A stretch of DNA of 63,638 nt, counting the filler, from Piedraia hortae CBS 480.64 (taxonomy: Eukaryota), in assembly GCA_010093745.1 (NCBI GenBank). It is 5 parts of 5 records of this genome, joined end to end, with 100 filler letters (N's around TTAATTAATTAA, not from the genome) between each part and the next. Parts side by side here need not be neighbours in the genome. Positions count along the whole stretch, not along the records: positions 1 to 20,909 come from MU006063.1; 4 more parts are not named here. One strand, given 5' to 3'. Shown here piece by piece: positions 1 to 13,149 of the stretch. Numbering within the stretch: position 1 is the stretch's first letter; each line of letters opens with the position of its first letter. The notes under the pieces were generated by a model, which did no database searches, had not been told where the DNA came from, and was given only the letters and a program-made list of their open reading frames with translations. The position numbers were made by a program, and so were the translations under genes.

Positions 1-59
1 GTCAACTAGTTTTCCGTAGAGATTTGTATGCAGGTACACATCTGCTCACAATTATAATA
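1..59 (+). mobile_element. 3' part of 124-bp copia LTR (family A), cut by window/contig start
   Basis: Identical to the last 59 nt of the solo LTR at 15005-15128; ends ...CACAATTATAATA. Confidence 0.95.
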
Positions 60-2259
60 AGCTGCGTAGCTGAACTTGGTCTTCCCTTTTAGTGTGTTTT
101 TAGCCATTGCATCCTCTGACGCCTTCTTGACCGTCTCTAGAAAGTCCGCGTTTCCTTTTTTTTCCGGTTCCTTCTTGGCCTCTTCCTTCTTGTCAACAGG
201 CTTTCGGCAGCCTCCTTCTCAGCAACATCCTTCTTGGCGGAGTGCTTGGCGTGTGCAGCAATCTTTTGCTCCTTTGCTCCATTTTCAAGTTTCGTCTTTT
301 GCTTGGCAAACCTCTCAAGGCTCTTCTCCCATGCAGCACGCCTGTCCACTCTACGCATCTTCTTGAAGCGGGGCAAGGCGGTCATTCCGACCAAAAGTAG
401 GATGAATCGCTCGTTTAAACGCACCCATAGCGATTGTGTTGAACGCTGTCGAGTGACATTCCAAGTGGAGCGGTTCTGACAGCCGGGGAGGTGCAAATTT
501 CTTCCTGGGCTCGTTGCAAACTTCTTACTGGTTGTAGGTAATAAAATCAATAGCACCTTCATTAGATGGCGGTTGTTCTATAAAGAATTTTTGCAGCTAT
601 CCATCTCCTTTTGCCCAGGTTAGAAAATCCAGGGTTTCAAAGTGGAACTGCGACTCCGCTTCGTGCCAAGAAAGTTTCGATCTATACCCCATCACCCCCT
701 CCACTACGATGTTGCAATTCAAGTGGAGACTGGAGACGAAGGAAGACAGCACGGCTGCAGCTACGCACGAGGTGGCGCAGATTGTGCTTGCAATGAACGA
801 TATCGTAGAGGCTGGAACGATTGGAGCCATGGAGGCGGTAAGAGGTAGACTGCAGCATTTATACAGCCACAATGCAGCCGCGGGCCCGCAATCTCAGCAC
901 GTGGTGGATAATGAGCCCTTTACGAACGGACAAACTTAGACTGAAATTTTGCCAACAAACCGCTGCAAAAACTTCTCTAAAAATCTGGTCTCATTGTGCA
1001 TTTATCACAGCAGCCACCCAGGCACGTTCATGCAGGTCGAAATCAAGTCCAAAACCTCAACCACAAAAGGCAGCTTATCAGCCAGGCAAAGATGGTGCGA
1101 GTATTCCTTTGTTGCTGCGTTAAAGAGGCCCATGCAATACTCCAGAAGTGTATACACTGCCTGCAACATCCCCATCTCTCATCAGTGAGTCGCTGTGTGA
1201 AAGGTCCAGTAATATCGGCATCTATCTCTGCCAGTCAATACTTACAGATTCCCTATGTTCTAATCACCGATCAAACAACTCCTAACGGTGAAAGAATTGG
1301 GACCAGGCCAGTGGAATCCGATTTCTATGCGCGTAAAAAGCTTCAAGTCACGGAAAAGGCAGTAGTGCTGAATCATTGAATCCAAACTAAAGGTTGATGT
1401 AACGAGATAGTATGCAAATTTTGAGACCGTGGTCAAAATCAGTGCTCAGGGGTATGTTCGGTTCCAGCCTTGAAAAAGCGTGATAGGCCAGCGAATGAAG
1501 TGTTGATGAATGGTTTAGTTTCTGAGTGAATGTTTGGTGGCCGGTACGTAGCGAATGGACACGGATGGACGCAGAGAATGGGAGCCATGCAGAACACAGC
1601 CTCCGGAGTCGTGGCCTACAATGTACCCCTTGTCATCGGAGACCCGCTGATGGGGACTTAGACGGGATGAGATTTTGATTGACATCAAGGATGATCAAAT
1701 CTGGATGCTGCATCCCAGCTAGGGTTCTGCTGCGTGTACCACACCGAAAATGGAAGGACCCCGGTATTGGGGGATACGTAGATCGTTGATGAGATGGATT
1801 TGTTTGTTGAGAAAAGGCACACTGACCAAGCATTTCCCGTATGTGATATCATTCTGAAAGGTGTCGCAAGAATTCCGATCAATTAGACACGTACACCGCG
1901 TTGAGGAGATGCACTCCTGACCATAACCTAACCAGAGTACGGGGACATCCACAAAATTTGAACGCTCAAAACTTTAGCTTCACACTTCGATAACAAGACC
2001 AGATGCGGAAGCGTTTTGGCTATCCCTTTTCAAGCCTTGAATAACGCGATGTACACCTGGGGTTTTAGCTTCTTCGCCCTTCAAGATCTTGTACTTCTGC
2101 TTTACTCGACGCCGTAGTGCACCTCCCCGCAAAGATTTTCGTGCGCTCAAAACTCCATACCCCTAAACACTAGCAGCGTCACTCCCATCCGCTCCACAAA
2201 GTCACCATGTAATCCAAAGCCTCGACATGATATCACCTCTCCCATCCCATTAAACAAAT

Positions 2260-2655
2260 TCACCTCCCAAAAACCGCTCTCCCCCGCTGAAGCTTACTCG
2301 TAATCCACCTCCAAAACCCACTAGGATCCACCCTCCCCCTCCACCCCCTTTCCTGTACAAATCGATAAACTCTTATCCCAAGATAACCCCAAGAATTGAC
2401 GATCAGAAGCCAGAGCAGTACTCTTTTGAGGGAAGGCCAGAATTTCCATGTCCTTGTGGTAGGTTTTCGATGATTGGAATTCTCCTGAATGAGTTCCCTT
2501 AGGGCTGCGATTTCGGTTTTGATTTGGCTTAGTTGAATATTGATTTCGAGGGGGGAGGATGGGAGGGAGTGGAAGTCATCTTCGTCGGGTTCATCAAAAG
2601 TGGATGGTTGGGGCGGGATATGGATTAGTTTACTCAAGTCTGAATCGGAAGCCAT
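2260..2655 (-). CDS. Hypothetical protein, 131 aa, short coiled coil plus one hydrophobic segment
   Basis: ATG-initiated ORF just downstream of GAPDH; IQLSQIKTEIAALRELIQE heptads followed by hydrophobic VLLWLLIVNSWGYLGI. Confidence 0.55.
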   Translation of the reverse strand: MASDSDLSKLIHIPPQPSTFDEPDEDDFHSLPSSPLEINIQLSQIKTEIAALRELIQENSNHRKPTTRTWKFWPSLKRVLLWLLIVNSWGYLGIRVYRFVQERGWRGRVDPSGFWRWITSKLQRGRAVFGR

Positions 2656-2801
2656 GGCTCATCATTGTGGACGACGTTGACATTTACATACGGTTGCCAT
2701 CCAATGACGCACAGCCCCCACATGTTTGCGGAACCGTTGTGGATGCCGAGGCACACCGGACAATGACATGGGCTATAGAACAGTTCTGTTGATCATCAAA
2801 T

Positions 2802-4041
<1,240 letters not shown>

Positions 4042-4191
4042 TCAAAGTGGGGCAGAATGTGACGACGCTGCGGGACCGTGAAGGCCGAGGCCGATAAGGT
4101 GGTTAATACAAAGCCACTAAATAGATAATCCCATCCAGGTGCCAACGCCTCGCTCTTCGTATGATCATGCTTCATATGCCTTGTTTAACCA

Positions 4192-6270
4192 TCACTGCAT
4201 GTCATCCTCTGCTGGTTTCAGCTTGAAGTCTGGAACCTCGGAAAACCAGTCAGCGGCCTTGTCCCACTTGTAGACCTTGAAGTCGACGCCATACGGCTTC
4301 GGCTCCAGGCAGTAGAGCAGGCCAATGGGCACGTCCAGGTCGGCCACTTCTTCACGTCGAAGGCCGCGGAAGTAGGCGAGCAGGACGCGAGCAACGGAGC
4401 GGTGGCCGACGAGCAGAACGTGGTCCGTCATGCGCTCCAGCTCGACAATAACCGGCCGCATCCGGTTAATTATGTCCAGATAGCCCTCGCCGCCGGGGCC
4501 TGGGTAGCGGTAGTGCAGCTTGTCTGCCTTGCGGGCACGGTACTCTTCGGGGAACTGCGTGGAGATGCAAGAGTACGTGAGGCCCTCCATGACGCCGGCG
4601 TTGAGCTCATCCAGCATGCGCATTTGCTTGGTGTCAAACGCCTCTTCGTCGAAGAACTGCGCCGTCTGGATGCTACGCTTCAGCATGCTGGTCCACACGC
4701 AGAACGGCTTGGGCGAGTACGCGGCGAGCTCGACGGCGGTTGTCTCGTCGGAGATGCTGCCATCTCGGTTGTGCTGCGGGTGGTAGTAGGGGTTGGGCGG
4801 GGTGGAATCGCCCGGCAGAGGCGGGAAGTGCGTGTTCTTGGACGCCTCCAACTGCTTCAGATCCCACTCCTCTCTTTTGGCATTGATAAAGCGCGTCAGG
4901 CAGCGGGCATAGTCGACGCCTTCCGGAGCCAGATCGCTGTCGCCGCCAATTTTGCCAGACATGTTGTCCAGCGACAAGCCATGGCGGGTAATCCAGATCT
5001 GGCGGGGAGCGAGGTTGAAGTTGAGGAGGTAGTAGTTGGCCTGGGCCATCAGAAAGCCCTTGATCTGGTGGGAAATGACCTTGCGACCGACGTCAATCAT
5101 CTGAATATATGGCATGTTATGCTTCTCCTCGTAGTCACCGAGCGGCACGTAGGCCTTTTCGTACGCCTTGACACGCTGCTTGAAGTCGGCGAGGGCGACA
5201 TGAGGATCCATGCCCTTGTAGTCGGGGCCGTTGAGCTTCAGCCGCATGTTCGCCTCCAGCAAGTCCTGGTCGACGCAGCGGGACTCGAGGAAGAGAACGT
5301 TGAGATCGGGCCCCGCGCGTTCGCGGATGCAGTCCATGACCATTTTGCGGCGTTCCATGGTCGAGTTGGTGGCATCCAGGATGCCGACGCTGCCGTTCTG
5401 GTTGAGGATATAGTTCAGCAACTCGTCCAGCGTCTCGCGCGCGAGCTGCTCACGCACAGCTGACGCCTTCTTGTTGTCTGGATCAAACCAAGCTGCGTTC
5501 TGTTCGTCCTTGCCGTCCTTGTGCGGTTCGCCCAAGTCGGGCGTCTCGATCTGGCAGCCGGAGCCATTCACGCCGTTTGTGGAATCGTTGGGCCCGCCCG
5601 AAACTTGGCGCCGGCGCTCGCCAACATTGAAGATGCGCGTGTCGTGCTGCAGCCAGTTGAGGTAACGTGCCAGCTTCTTGGTGATGTAGCTTTTGCCGCG
5701 CGCCGGGAGTCCAACCATCACAATGACAAGCTTGGATCCCACATCTCGCGATGCGATGCGCCCGTCGGGGGACACCTTGCTCTTGGTCAGGCCCGGGATG
5801 TCCAGCGTTGTAGGGCGGCTTCGAGGCGTCGAGGTTCCGGAACTGGCCAGAGCACCCTGAGGCAGAAGGAGTTTGGCCATTTCAGCCATCGGCTCTTGCG
5901 CGCCTTTGGCGTAGGGGCTGGACGGCGCAGTGGTGGCCGGAGTGTCATTGAGGGCAATGGTTATGCTGCTGCTGGATTCTGTCGATGCCGCATGCGGCGG
6001 CCGCTTCAGGATAGTCGCATTGGATGACAGGGCGCAGTCGAGTTGATCGCACAATACGTCTACGTTGGTCGAGTCTACATTGGTCGCACATTTCGCTTCC
6101 ATCTGCTTGGCCAGCAGAAGGCTTTGTCGTCGGCGAAACTGGCCAAGGTCCGAGTCGTCGGGCGTCGTGCACGAGCACCGACCCGAAGAGTGAATGTTGG
6201 ACACGACACTGCTGGTCGACGGCGTTGAGGCTCCGGATGATGCTGCCGCAGCTTCGGTACTGTGAGACAT
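4192..6270 (-). CDS. PFK26: 6-phosphofructo-2-kinase / fructose-2,6-bisphosphatase family
   Basis: MVGLPARGKS P-loop, DATNST, RHG and GHRS phosphatase-like motifs; uninterrupted 692-aa ORF. Confidence 0.95.
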   Translation of the reverse strand: MSHSTEAAAASSGASTPSTSSVVSNIHSSGRCSCTTPDDSDLGQFRRRQSLLLAKQMEAKCATNVDSTNVDVLCDQLDCALSSNATILKRPPHAASTESSSSITIALNDTPATTAPSSPYAKGAQEPMAEMAKLLLPQGALASSGTSTPRSRPTTLDIPGLTKSKVSPDGRIASRDVGSKLVIVMVGLPARGKSYITKKLARYLNWLQHDTRIFNVGERRRQVSGGPNDSTNGVNGSGCQIETPDLGEPHKDGKDEQNAAWFDPDNKKASAVREQLARETLDELLNYILNQNGSVGILDATNSTMERRKMVMDCIRERAGPDLNVLFLESRCVDQDLLEANMRLKLNGPDYKGMDPHVALADFKQRVKAYEKAYVPLGDYEEKHNMPYIQMIDVGRKVISHQIKGFLMAQANYYLLNFNLAPRQIWITRHGLSLDNMSGKIGGDSDLAPEGVDYARCLTRFINAKREEWDLKQLEASKNTHFPPLPGDSTPPNPYYHPQHNRDGSISDETTAVELAAYSPKPFCVWTSMLKRSIQTAQFFDEEAFDTKQMRMLDELNAGVMEGLTYSCISTQFPEEYRARKADKLHYRYPGPGGEGYLDIINRMRPVIVELERMTDHVLLVGHRSVARVLLAYFRGLRREEVADLDVPIGLLYCLEPKPYGVDFKVYKWDKAADWFSEVPDFKLKPAEDDMQ

Positions 6271-7112
6271 GTGGCGTTGAGATGGCGGTGGTCCGTGCGA
6301 TGTATATACTTCTGGTTAGCCGCTGAGAAGAACTTTTTTGGAGGTGAATGTGGAAAAGAAAAATCTCCGGCGAGGAAAAAGACCATTTTATTTCTTCGCT
6401 GGAACTTGTCAACCTATTTGGGAGTGACAGGTCTTCGTGGTGGCCTCTGATTGCTTGCTCCGATTCATGTTCATCATGAGTTCCAAAACCAAAAAGTGCA
6501 TGATTCGAGCACTGTTGTTCCCCAGTTATGGAGTTGTGCAGCCACTCAAGTATATTGCCCAATGAGTAAGATCCAATCACCAAATTCCTGGGCACCACGC
6601 GTTTGATCAACAACGAATTTCGACAGGCGACGGTCCAAACCAATCACATCGAATCTTTACACAGCCAACCCGGACTATAGAGGACACTGAATGCAGCTGA
6701 TCCCTCTATAGCCGACTGTTCGCAGCACCAATCTGATATCTTGGCATCTGCAAACACCTTGATATGGTGGAAAGGATTCACAGGCCAGATGATCCCGCTA
6801 TATCCTGCAAATTTGACCACTCCTCATTGGTTGCTAACACCATGCCAAGAGTTTTCGAAGCTGTCAAAGCTGTCAAATTCGTATGACTCGAGCTTCAGCG
6901 TCATGATGATTGCAAAAATGACCACAACCGTCCAAATTTGGACAACCCATCCCGTAGGAACTCCACTTGGAATGTGCTCGCGATTCATCGCATCAACTGC
7001 TGACCGTAGAACTCTCCCGAGGAATACAGCCCAGCTACCTGGAAGGCATCCCATGGCCGTAGAGCCGTATAATAGCTCTTTCCAACCAAATGTACGTCGA
7101 CTCGAATTCACT

Positions 7113-8138
7113 TCACCCCCCTCCAACCGAACAACTAAAGTCCATCAACCCAGCCGACCAACCAAGCCCACCAATAACAGCAACAACAACCCCCAACCCC
7201 ATCCCAAACGTAATGGAACCATACCACCACGTCCTCCCGAACTTCAACCCATACAGTTCCCCCACAAGCGAGCTAACGGTAGTAAGCGCACCGCAGAACC
7301 CATCCTGCAAACCCTGCAAAGCCTCACAGGTAAGCACATCCCTCCCCACCCGCGAACTCTGCAAATCAAACGTAATCGCAAGCACAATCGTCCCAATCGC
7401 ATTCGACGCAAAAGTCCCCGCGAACACAAACTTCTCCGGTGCCTTCCCATTCAGATATTTAGAAAGGTAGAACCTCATCATACACCCCACGGGCGCGAAG
7501 AGGAGGGGGAAAAGCCACCTTCTCGAAAACGTGGTTCTGAGGAAGATAGTAAGTAGGAGGATGGCAAGCCACGAAGCCCATGAGATGGTAGCTAGTAGTA
7601 GTTCACCCAACCCACCCAAAGGCCGGCGTGCGCGAAGGGTCGTTGTATTGAGAAAACGAGCGACGTGTATGCCAAAAACGAAGCCTATGAATGGCATGCC
7701 GATGTGTACCCATGCCGCTGCGAGGAACGATGCGGCTTTACTCCCACCGCTGGCATGGGCGGCAGGGAAGAGGGTGAGGAGGACTTCTTTGCAGAGACCG
7801 GAGAAGGTGGTTAGGCTTCCGCAGAGGCCTACTGCGAGAGCGGTATATAAGGTTGAGAATTTCTTGGAAATTGTGAAATTCTCGTTGCGGATGGATTCGT
7901 TGGGTCCGTCCTGTGCGCGTTGCCAGTGCGTGTGGAAGAGGAGGTTTGTGTCTTCTTTGAGGAAGCCCATTAGGGCGCAGCCTGTTATGTTTGCCCATAG
8001 GATTGTTGGGGAAGCGACGAAGTCGTTTCTTGGGACTTTGGAGAGGGAGAGGCGTATAAAGACACCGAGGATGGAGCTCGGTATTAGATGGGTTATACTG
8101 TTGAGATGGGAGATGAGCTCGGGAGGGAGTGTTTTCAT
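7113..8138 (-). CDS. FEX1: Fluoride exporter (FEX, two CrcB/Fluc domains)
   Basis: Two Fluc signatures: ANITGCALMG...GLCGSLTTFS and GTFASNAIG...GFCGALTTVS. Confidence 0.9.
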   Translation of the reverse strand: MKTLPPELISHLNSITHLIPSSILGVFIRLSLSKVPRNDFVASPTILWANITGCALMGFLKEDTNLLFHTHWQRAQDGPNESIRNENFTISKKFSTLYTALAVGLCGSLTTFSGLCKEVLLTLFPAAHASGGSKAASFLAAAWVHIGMPFIGFVFGIHVARFLNTTTLRARRPLGGLGELLLATISWASWLAILLLTIFLRTTFSRRWLFPLLFAPVGCMMRFYLSKYLNGKAPEKFVFAGTFASNAIGTIVLAITFDLQSSRVGRDVLTCEALQGLQDGFCGALTTVSSLVGELYGLKFGRTWWYGSITFGMGLGVVVAVIGGLGWSAGLMDFSCSVGGG

Positions 8139-8364
8139 TGTATTTACATGTACTGTTTTCTTTTGGGCAAACTACGTATGCACTATGCACCGTTCGTTCT
8201 GCTCTATGGGCCTGCAGCTCCGACATGCGGACGAAATGCGGCCGCGGTTGCGCAACGGTGAAACGGTAACAAGATGTTAACATTTGACATTTGACAGTTG
8301 ACAGTCGACAGCTACCTCTACATACGTCGCATTCCTTCATGCTCATTCACATCATTCATCTCAT

Positions 8365-9051
8365 TTATCGATAGCTGCGAAACAATAAAACTCTGGCGCA
8401 GCGATGCGCATATTCTAATTCCTGGGTCGGTGAGCACCGCGTCATGTCTGCTCGGCTCTTGGGAGATAGGGAGTAGCGATTTTCGAATGGCATTTGCGCT
8501 GTCTTGGGTGTAGCAACGCGAACATCAACCTTGGGTGGCGCTTGCTGCAGCCAGCAGCGTTCCATTCGCGATTTCCGTCGCACAGCCCTGCAGATGCATT
8601 TGCAGACGTCTAAGAAACCGGGAGTGTTTGGAAATGGCCGGCGGATAGATCGCGGCAGAGTGTCGTGAACAGGCTCTATTCGGTCATCAAGTGGTAGACT
8701 AATGTCAATAGCCCAGTTGAGCTTTTTGACCCACTCGAGTAGAGTCGATAGATCGGCTGCGGCAAGCAGGAACTGAGCTCCCTCCGCCGTTCGCACCCGC
8801 AAGACGAAAGGTCGCTTCTCATAGTCAACGGCTAACCCAGCTTGGGCATGTTGCAAGCCCCAAGACCGGGAGATTAGCGGACTCTGCACTGCCAATAACG
8901 TGCCGCGCAGAGTCGCTTGCACACGTTTCCAGCGCCTGTCGGTAGCGCGATGGAAGGGGCTGATGAACTCGGACTTATACAGAAGGTTAGACACGAGTCC
9001 AACAGTGCAGTCATATGGTGGAGGAGGTGATGAAGACATGTCCGTCGCCAT
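8365..9051 (-). CDS. Fungal PH-domain protein
   Basis: PPPYDCTV, KSEFISPF...RRWKRV...LRGTLL, AQAGLAVDYEKRPFVLRVR...QFLL...EWV pattern of a fungal PH family. Confidence 0.75.
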   Translation of the reverse strand: MATDMSSSPPPPYDCTVGLVSNLLYKSEFISPFHRATDRRWKRVQATLRGTLLAVQSPLISRSWGLQHAQAGLAVDYEKRPFVLRVRTAEGAQFLLAAADLSTLLEWVKKLNWAIDISLPLDDRIEPVHDTLPRSIRRPFPNTPGFLDVCKCICRAVRRKSRMERCWLQQAPPKVDVRVATPKTAQMPFENRYSLSPKSRADMTRCSPTQELEYAHRCARVLLFRSYR

Positions 9052-9217
9052 ATCGACGACAGATTTTCATTTTTGAACAACAAGAAGAGGGAATGGCAGG
9101 GAATGCTAGCAAATGGGCAACATACCCGTCGGAGGAACGCAAGACCTGTTCGACGTGCAGCATGCCCCGCGTCATCCTCAGCCTCCGGCTTTTTACAGCA
9201 AACTCTAACCATGGATA

Positions 9218-9724
9218 CTAGAGCCTCAGGACTAGCACCAGTAATGTGATGTATGCAGCTATGCTGATAGCTGACAAAGCCAGCACGACGTCACCACTGG
9301 TGCGAAACCTGTCTAGATCAGCCAGGGTCATGCTCACCTTAAAAAAAAAAAAACGGACCGTTTATGCGCGAAGCCATCTGACCCCACCTCGCTGAAAAAC
9401 TGCCGATTGCCTTGCATCCGTCTAAAGGCGCTGACTGCCACGAGTCCCGCACCGTAAGCTGCGAACAATGCTCCGATGCTGTAGAACTCTTGAGTGAAGA
9501 TCTTGAGCACGACGAGGCTGAAGCTGAACTGTCCAAGCGATGTCCGGATGTAGGCTCCCTCGAATGTCCGTTGTGCTGCCCTAATGTCGACCAGTTCTTG
9601 AGATGTCAAGATGACTGATCGAGCTCGATGCAGCCGCAGACGATAGCGGTCAGCTGCGCGGCGTGTCTGGCGTTGTTAGAGTAGAATATGATGGAAGACT
9701 CGGGGTAAGATATACCTCAAACAT
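9218..9724 (-). CDS. Small DUF202-type membrane protein (2 introns)
   Basis: RAAQRTFEGAYIRT followed by hydrophobic helices; last exon FRTSGDVVLALS...LRL*; first exon MFE inferred from splice signals. Confidence 0.75.
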
Positions 9725-10134
9725 GGCTTTTGACAAGGATCTGCTCCTCACCGCAACAAAGTCTTGGAGTGTGTGCGGGAACAAAGTTGATGATTGATAG
9801 ACAGCAGGGAAAATGGCGGGATACAAAACTCTATTGCTGCATGGTGCAGCGGAGCAGCAACACAGTTTTCAGTGGTGATGGTAAACTGCATTTCGGATCA
9901 TGGACCGCCAACCCTAGACCTCGTGTCTTGTCTGAACCCTTCTTTGACCCAACCTTTCAGGGTTGACGTTTCATCAAGCCCCGCCAACCCCACCAGCCTC
10001 CCCCGCATTCAAAGACGCCTCATCGCATAACGGGAAACGCCGCGTGAACCACCCCACAGTCTCGTAACATCACGCTGCCTCGCATCCGACGATTGGCACT
10101 GCAAGCAATTACGGCCGCTTGGGTCAGAATCCTC

Positions 10135-11214
10135 ATGGCTGGCGTCAAGCGGAAGCGCGGACTCAAATACTACGCCGTGCGCGTTGGCAGAGTACCCGGC
10201 ATATACGAAACCTGGGAGGAATGCGCCGCGCAGACAAAAGGTTTCCCGAAGGCCACTTTCAAATCATTTGGCACGCTAAATGAAGCGGAAGAGTTTGTAA
10301 AGGTGAAAGACGCGGCGGAGAAGTGGTATGCGGTTCAACGAGGGCGCCGTCCGGGCGTTTACAAGAACTGGGGAGAAGTGCTTGAGCAGATTACCGGCTT
10401 CAAGAACTCATCACATTGCGCGTTTCCAACAAAGGTTGAGGCAGAGCTGTTTCTCAGAGGAACAAGAGAAGCTACTGAAGATGCTGAAGAAGGTCCGAGA
10501 AGCAAAAAGGCCAAGCTCGACGAATATCCCCCTGGAGAGGCACCGCTGAGCACCGGAGCGTCCGGCGAACTGGATGCGAACATCCTTCTCGACCCGAGAT
10601 CTGGTGGATTGCGCTACAAGACAGGCGCGGAGCTCACGCGTACTAAACTCGCGGTGACTCGTCCAACCGTCTTTGCTCCAGTGCGCATCTACACAGACGG
10701 TGCATCGCTGGCGAATGGGCGGGCGGGTGCCGTAGCGGGCGTAGGCGTTTACTTTGGGCCCAGCGATAAGCGGAACATATCAGAAGGATTGGCTGGGCCG
10801 AAGCAAACAAACCAACGGGCTGAGCTTACAGCAATTTCAAAGGCTCTGGAGTTTTCACCCAAGGACAGAAAACTGGTCATTTTGTCTGACTCAATGTACT
10901 CCATTAAATGCGTCACCGAGTGGTGCTTCAAATGGCGTCAGAATGGTTGGATTGGGTCATTAGGAAAGCCGGTGGAAAATAAAGATCTCATACAAAAGAT
11001 CATCTCACAGCTTGAGGAGCGTCTGCGGATAAACGAAGGCCGCCAGGTCGCCTATGAAAATGGAACCGGTCCGTGGGAGCGGGGGCCGGCTGGTGTCAGG
11101 TTCGAATGGGTCAAGGGCCACAACAAGGACGAAGGGAACGAGGCAGCAGACATGTTGGCCACGGCAGGCGCAAGAGATGCCAGGGACTTGATAGCTTCTA
11201 CGAATGAGAATTAG
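10135..11214 (+). CDS. RNH1: Ribonuclease H1
   Basis: Two hybrid-binding domains (KYYAVRVGRVPGIY, KWYAVQRGRRPGVY) plus IYTDGAS, QTNQRAEL, SDS and WVKGH...GNEAAD catalytic motifs. Confidence 0.95.
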   Translation: MAGVKRKRGLKYYAVRVGRVPGIYETWEECAAQTKGFPKATFKSFGTLNEAEEFVKVKDAAEKWYAVQRGRRPGVYKNWGEVLEQITGFKNSSHCAFPTKVEAELFLRGTREATEDAEEGPRSKKAKLDEYPPGEAPLSTGASGELDANILLDPRSGGLRYKTGAELTRTKLAVTRPTVFAPVRIYTDGASLANGRAGAVAGVGVYFGPSDKRNISEGLAGPKQTNQRAELTAISKALEFSPKDRKLVILSDSMYSIKCVTEWCFKWRQNGWIGSLGKPVENKDLIQKIISQLEERLRINEGRQVAYENGTGPWERGPAGVRFEWVKGHNKDEGNEAADMLATAGARDARDLIASTNEN

Positions 11215-11549
11215 GAATAAGCGATGCTGCTCCAGTTAGGTAGAATTCACAGGCTTTGCCATATTCTGCATCTATCTTCGGTCGCATGCACAGACACAGA
11301 GACATGTGCGTCGGACATGACACGATCACAGGCGTCCATTTTGGGAGCGGTGTGGAAAAACTACCCGATTTGGCTTAGCTCTATCGTGGATCGTGTTGTT
11401 ACCGTCGCTGCAGCCTCAGGCACCCGAGGTAGATTTGGCTACGGCCTTAACCTGGCCCTATTTCAAGGCTTGGCAGGGGCGCCAACTCTGCCCCACCGTT
11501 ATCTTGGGGCCGACGACATCGCCTGAATTCTGTCATTCCGTCGCCCACA

Positions 11550-13029
11550 ATGAGCACCGTACCTTCCTCTGCGGCCTTTCGCCGTTCCGTTGCGAACACT
11601 GTGCCTTCGGCCACGACTTCGGCTACAGCTTCGACAATTCCAAGCTCATCTGAGGCCTCGCCGAGCGGATCACCGAGGCCGGCGTCTTCGGCAACGTCGC
11701 TCTCTTCGCTCGCTGCCGACGAGTTCCCCTCAAAGAAGAAGCTGGTCAACACATATGGTGACGAGTTTACGCTGCCGAATTACACCATCAAACAGATTCG
11801 CGATGCGATCCCAAAGCATTGCTATGAGAGGTCGGGGCTGCGTGGGTTGGCATACGTGGCTAGAGACATTCTCTCCTTGGCTGTAACGTTCATGCTTTTC
11901 AACACGTTCTGTACTCCACAGTATGTGCCCTGGCAGCCGGCCCGGGCCGTCCTCTGGACCATCTATACCTTCGTGCAAGGTCTCTTCGGCACCGGGCTGT
12001 GGGTATTGGCCCATGAATGCGGTCATCAGGCTTTTTCGCCCAGCAAGACTTTGAACGACACTGTGGGATGGTTCTGCCACTCTGCCCTGTTGGTGCCATA
12101 CTTCAGCTGGAAGTTCAGCCATCGCGCTCATCACAAGGCCACTGGCAACATGGAGCGTGATATGGTCTTTGTGCCCCGTACGCGGGAAGAACAGGCATCC
12201 CGCATGGGCTGGCTCATGCATGAGATGCACGAACTCCTCGAGGAGACGCCCATCTGGACGGCTCTGCATTTGATAAGTCAGCAGCTGGTTGGCTGGCCTT
12301 ATTACCTCGTTGCCAATGTCACTGGACATGACAACCATGAGCGGCAGCACGAAGGCAAGGGAAAGGGCAAGCATAACGGTGACTTCAGCGTCAATCACTT
12401 TTTCACCAGCAGCCCTCTGTATGACCGCAAGGAAGAGCACTTGATCTTGTTGTCTGATCTTGGCCTTGTCATCGTTGGTACTATTCTCTATTTGATTGGT
12501 CAAAAGTATGGATTGGCCAATTTGGCTGTATGGTACATTGCACCTTATTTGTGGGTGAACCACTGGCTGGGTATGCATTTTGTGTCGAGAAGCATCGAGT
12601 ACAGGGCTAACAATTGCAGTGGCCATCACTTACCTCCAGCATACTGACCCTACATTGCCCCACTATACAGGCGATGCATGGAGTTACACCCGTGGTGCTG
12701 CAGCCACGATTGACCGCGAGTTTGGTTTCATCGGTCGCCATCTGTTCCACGGCATCATCGAAACTCACGTGCTGCACCACTATGTCTGCACCATTCCGTT
12801 CTACCACGCGGACGAGGCGACCGAGGCTATCAAGCCTATCATGGGCCAGCACTACCGTTCCAATACCAAGGGCGGGCCGCTTGGTTTCATGCGTGCGCTG
12901 TGGGAGGCGCCGCGTTGGTGTCAGTGGGTGGAGCCCAACGAGGGGGCAATGGGCGACGATAAAAAGGTTTTGTTCTTCCGCAACCGCAACGGGCTCGGCG
13001 TGACTCCAGCGCGCATGTCAGAGAAATAG
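11550..13029 (+). CDS. odeA: Delta-12 (oleate) fatty acid desaturase, one intron (about 12571-12618)
   Basis: His boxes HECGH, HRAHH and HVLHH; exon join NHWL|VAITYLQHT. Confidence 0.95.
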
Positions 13030-13149
13030 AAAGCTAGAATATGTAGGCGTTGATGATTTTGACAAACTGTCGGCCCGGCCCGATAACCCCCCCGTGATCT
13101 CGCGCTTCAGGCTTCGGACACACACCTCACCCTCTCTCCACTCTGCAAA

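Noticed and set aside
60..2200. Short ORFs at 60-2200, also 22200-24000, 28900-30200, 41900-43700 and 45000-46500
   Set aside because: Coding-like in places but fragmented; I cannot assign a family without a search.
4402..5463. Long antisense ORFs over PFK26 and other genes
   Set aside because: Shadow ORFs from GC-rich codon bias; no recognisable motifs.
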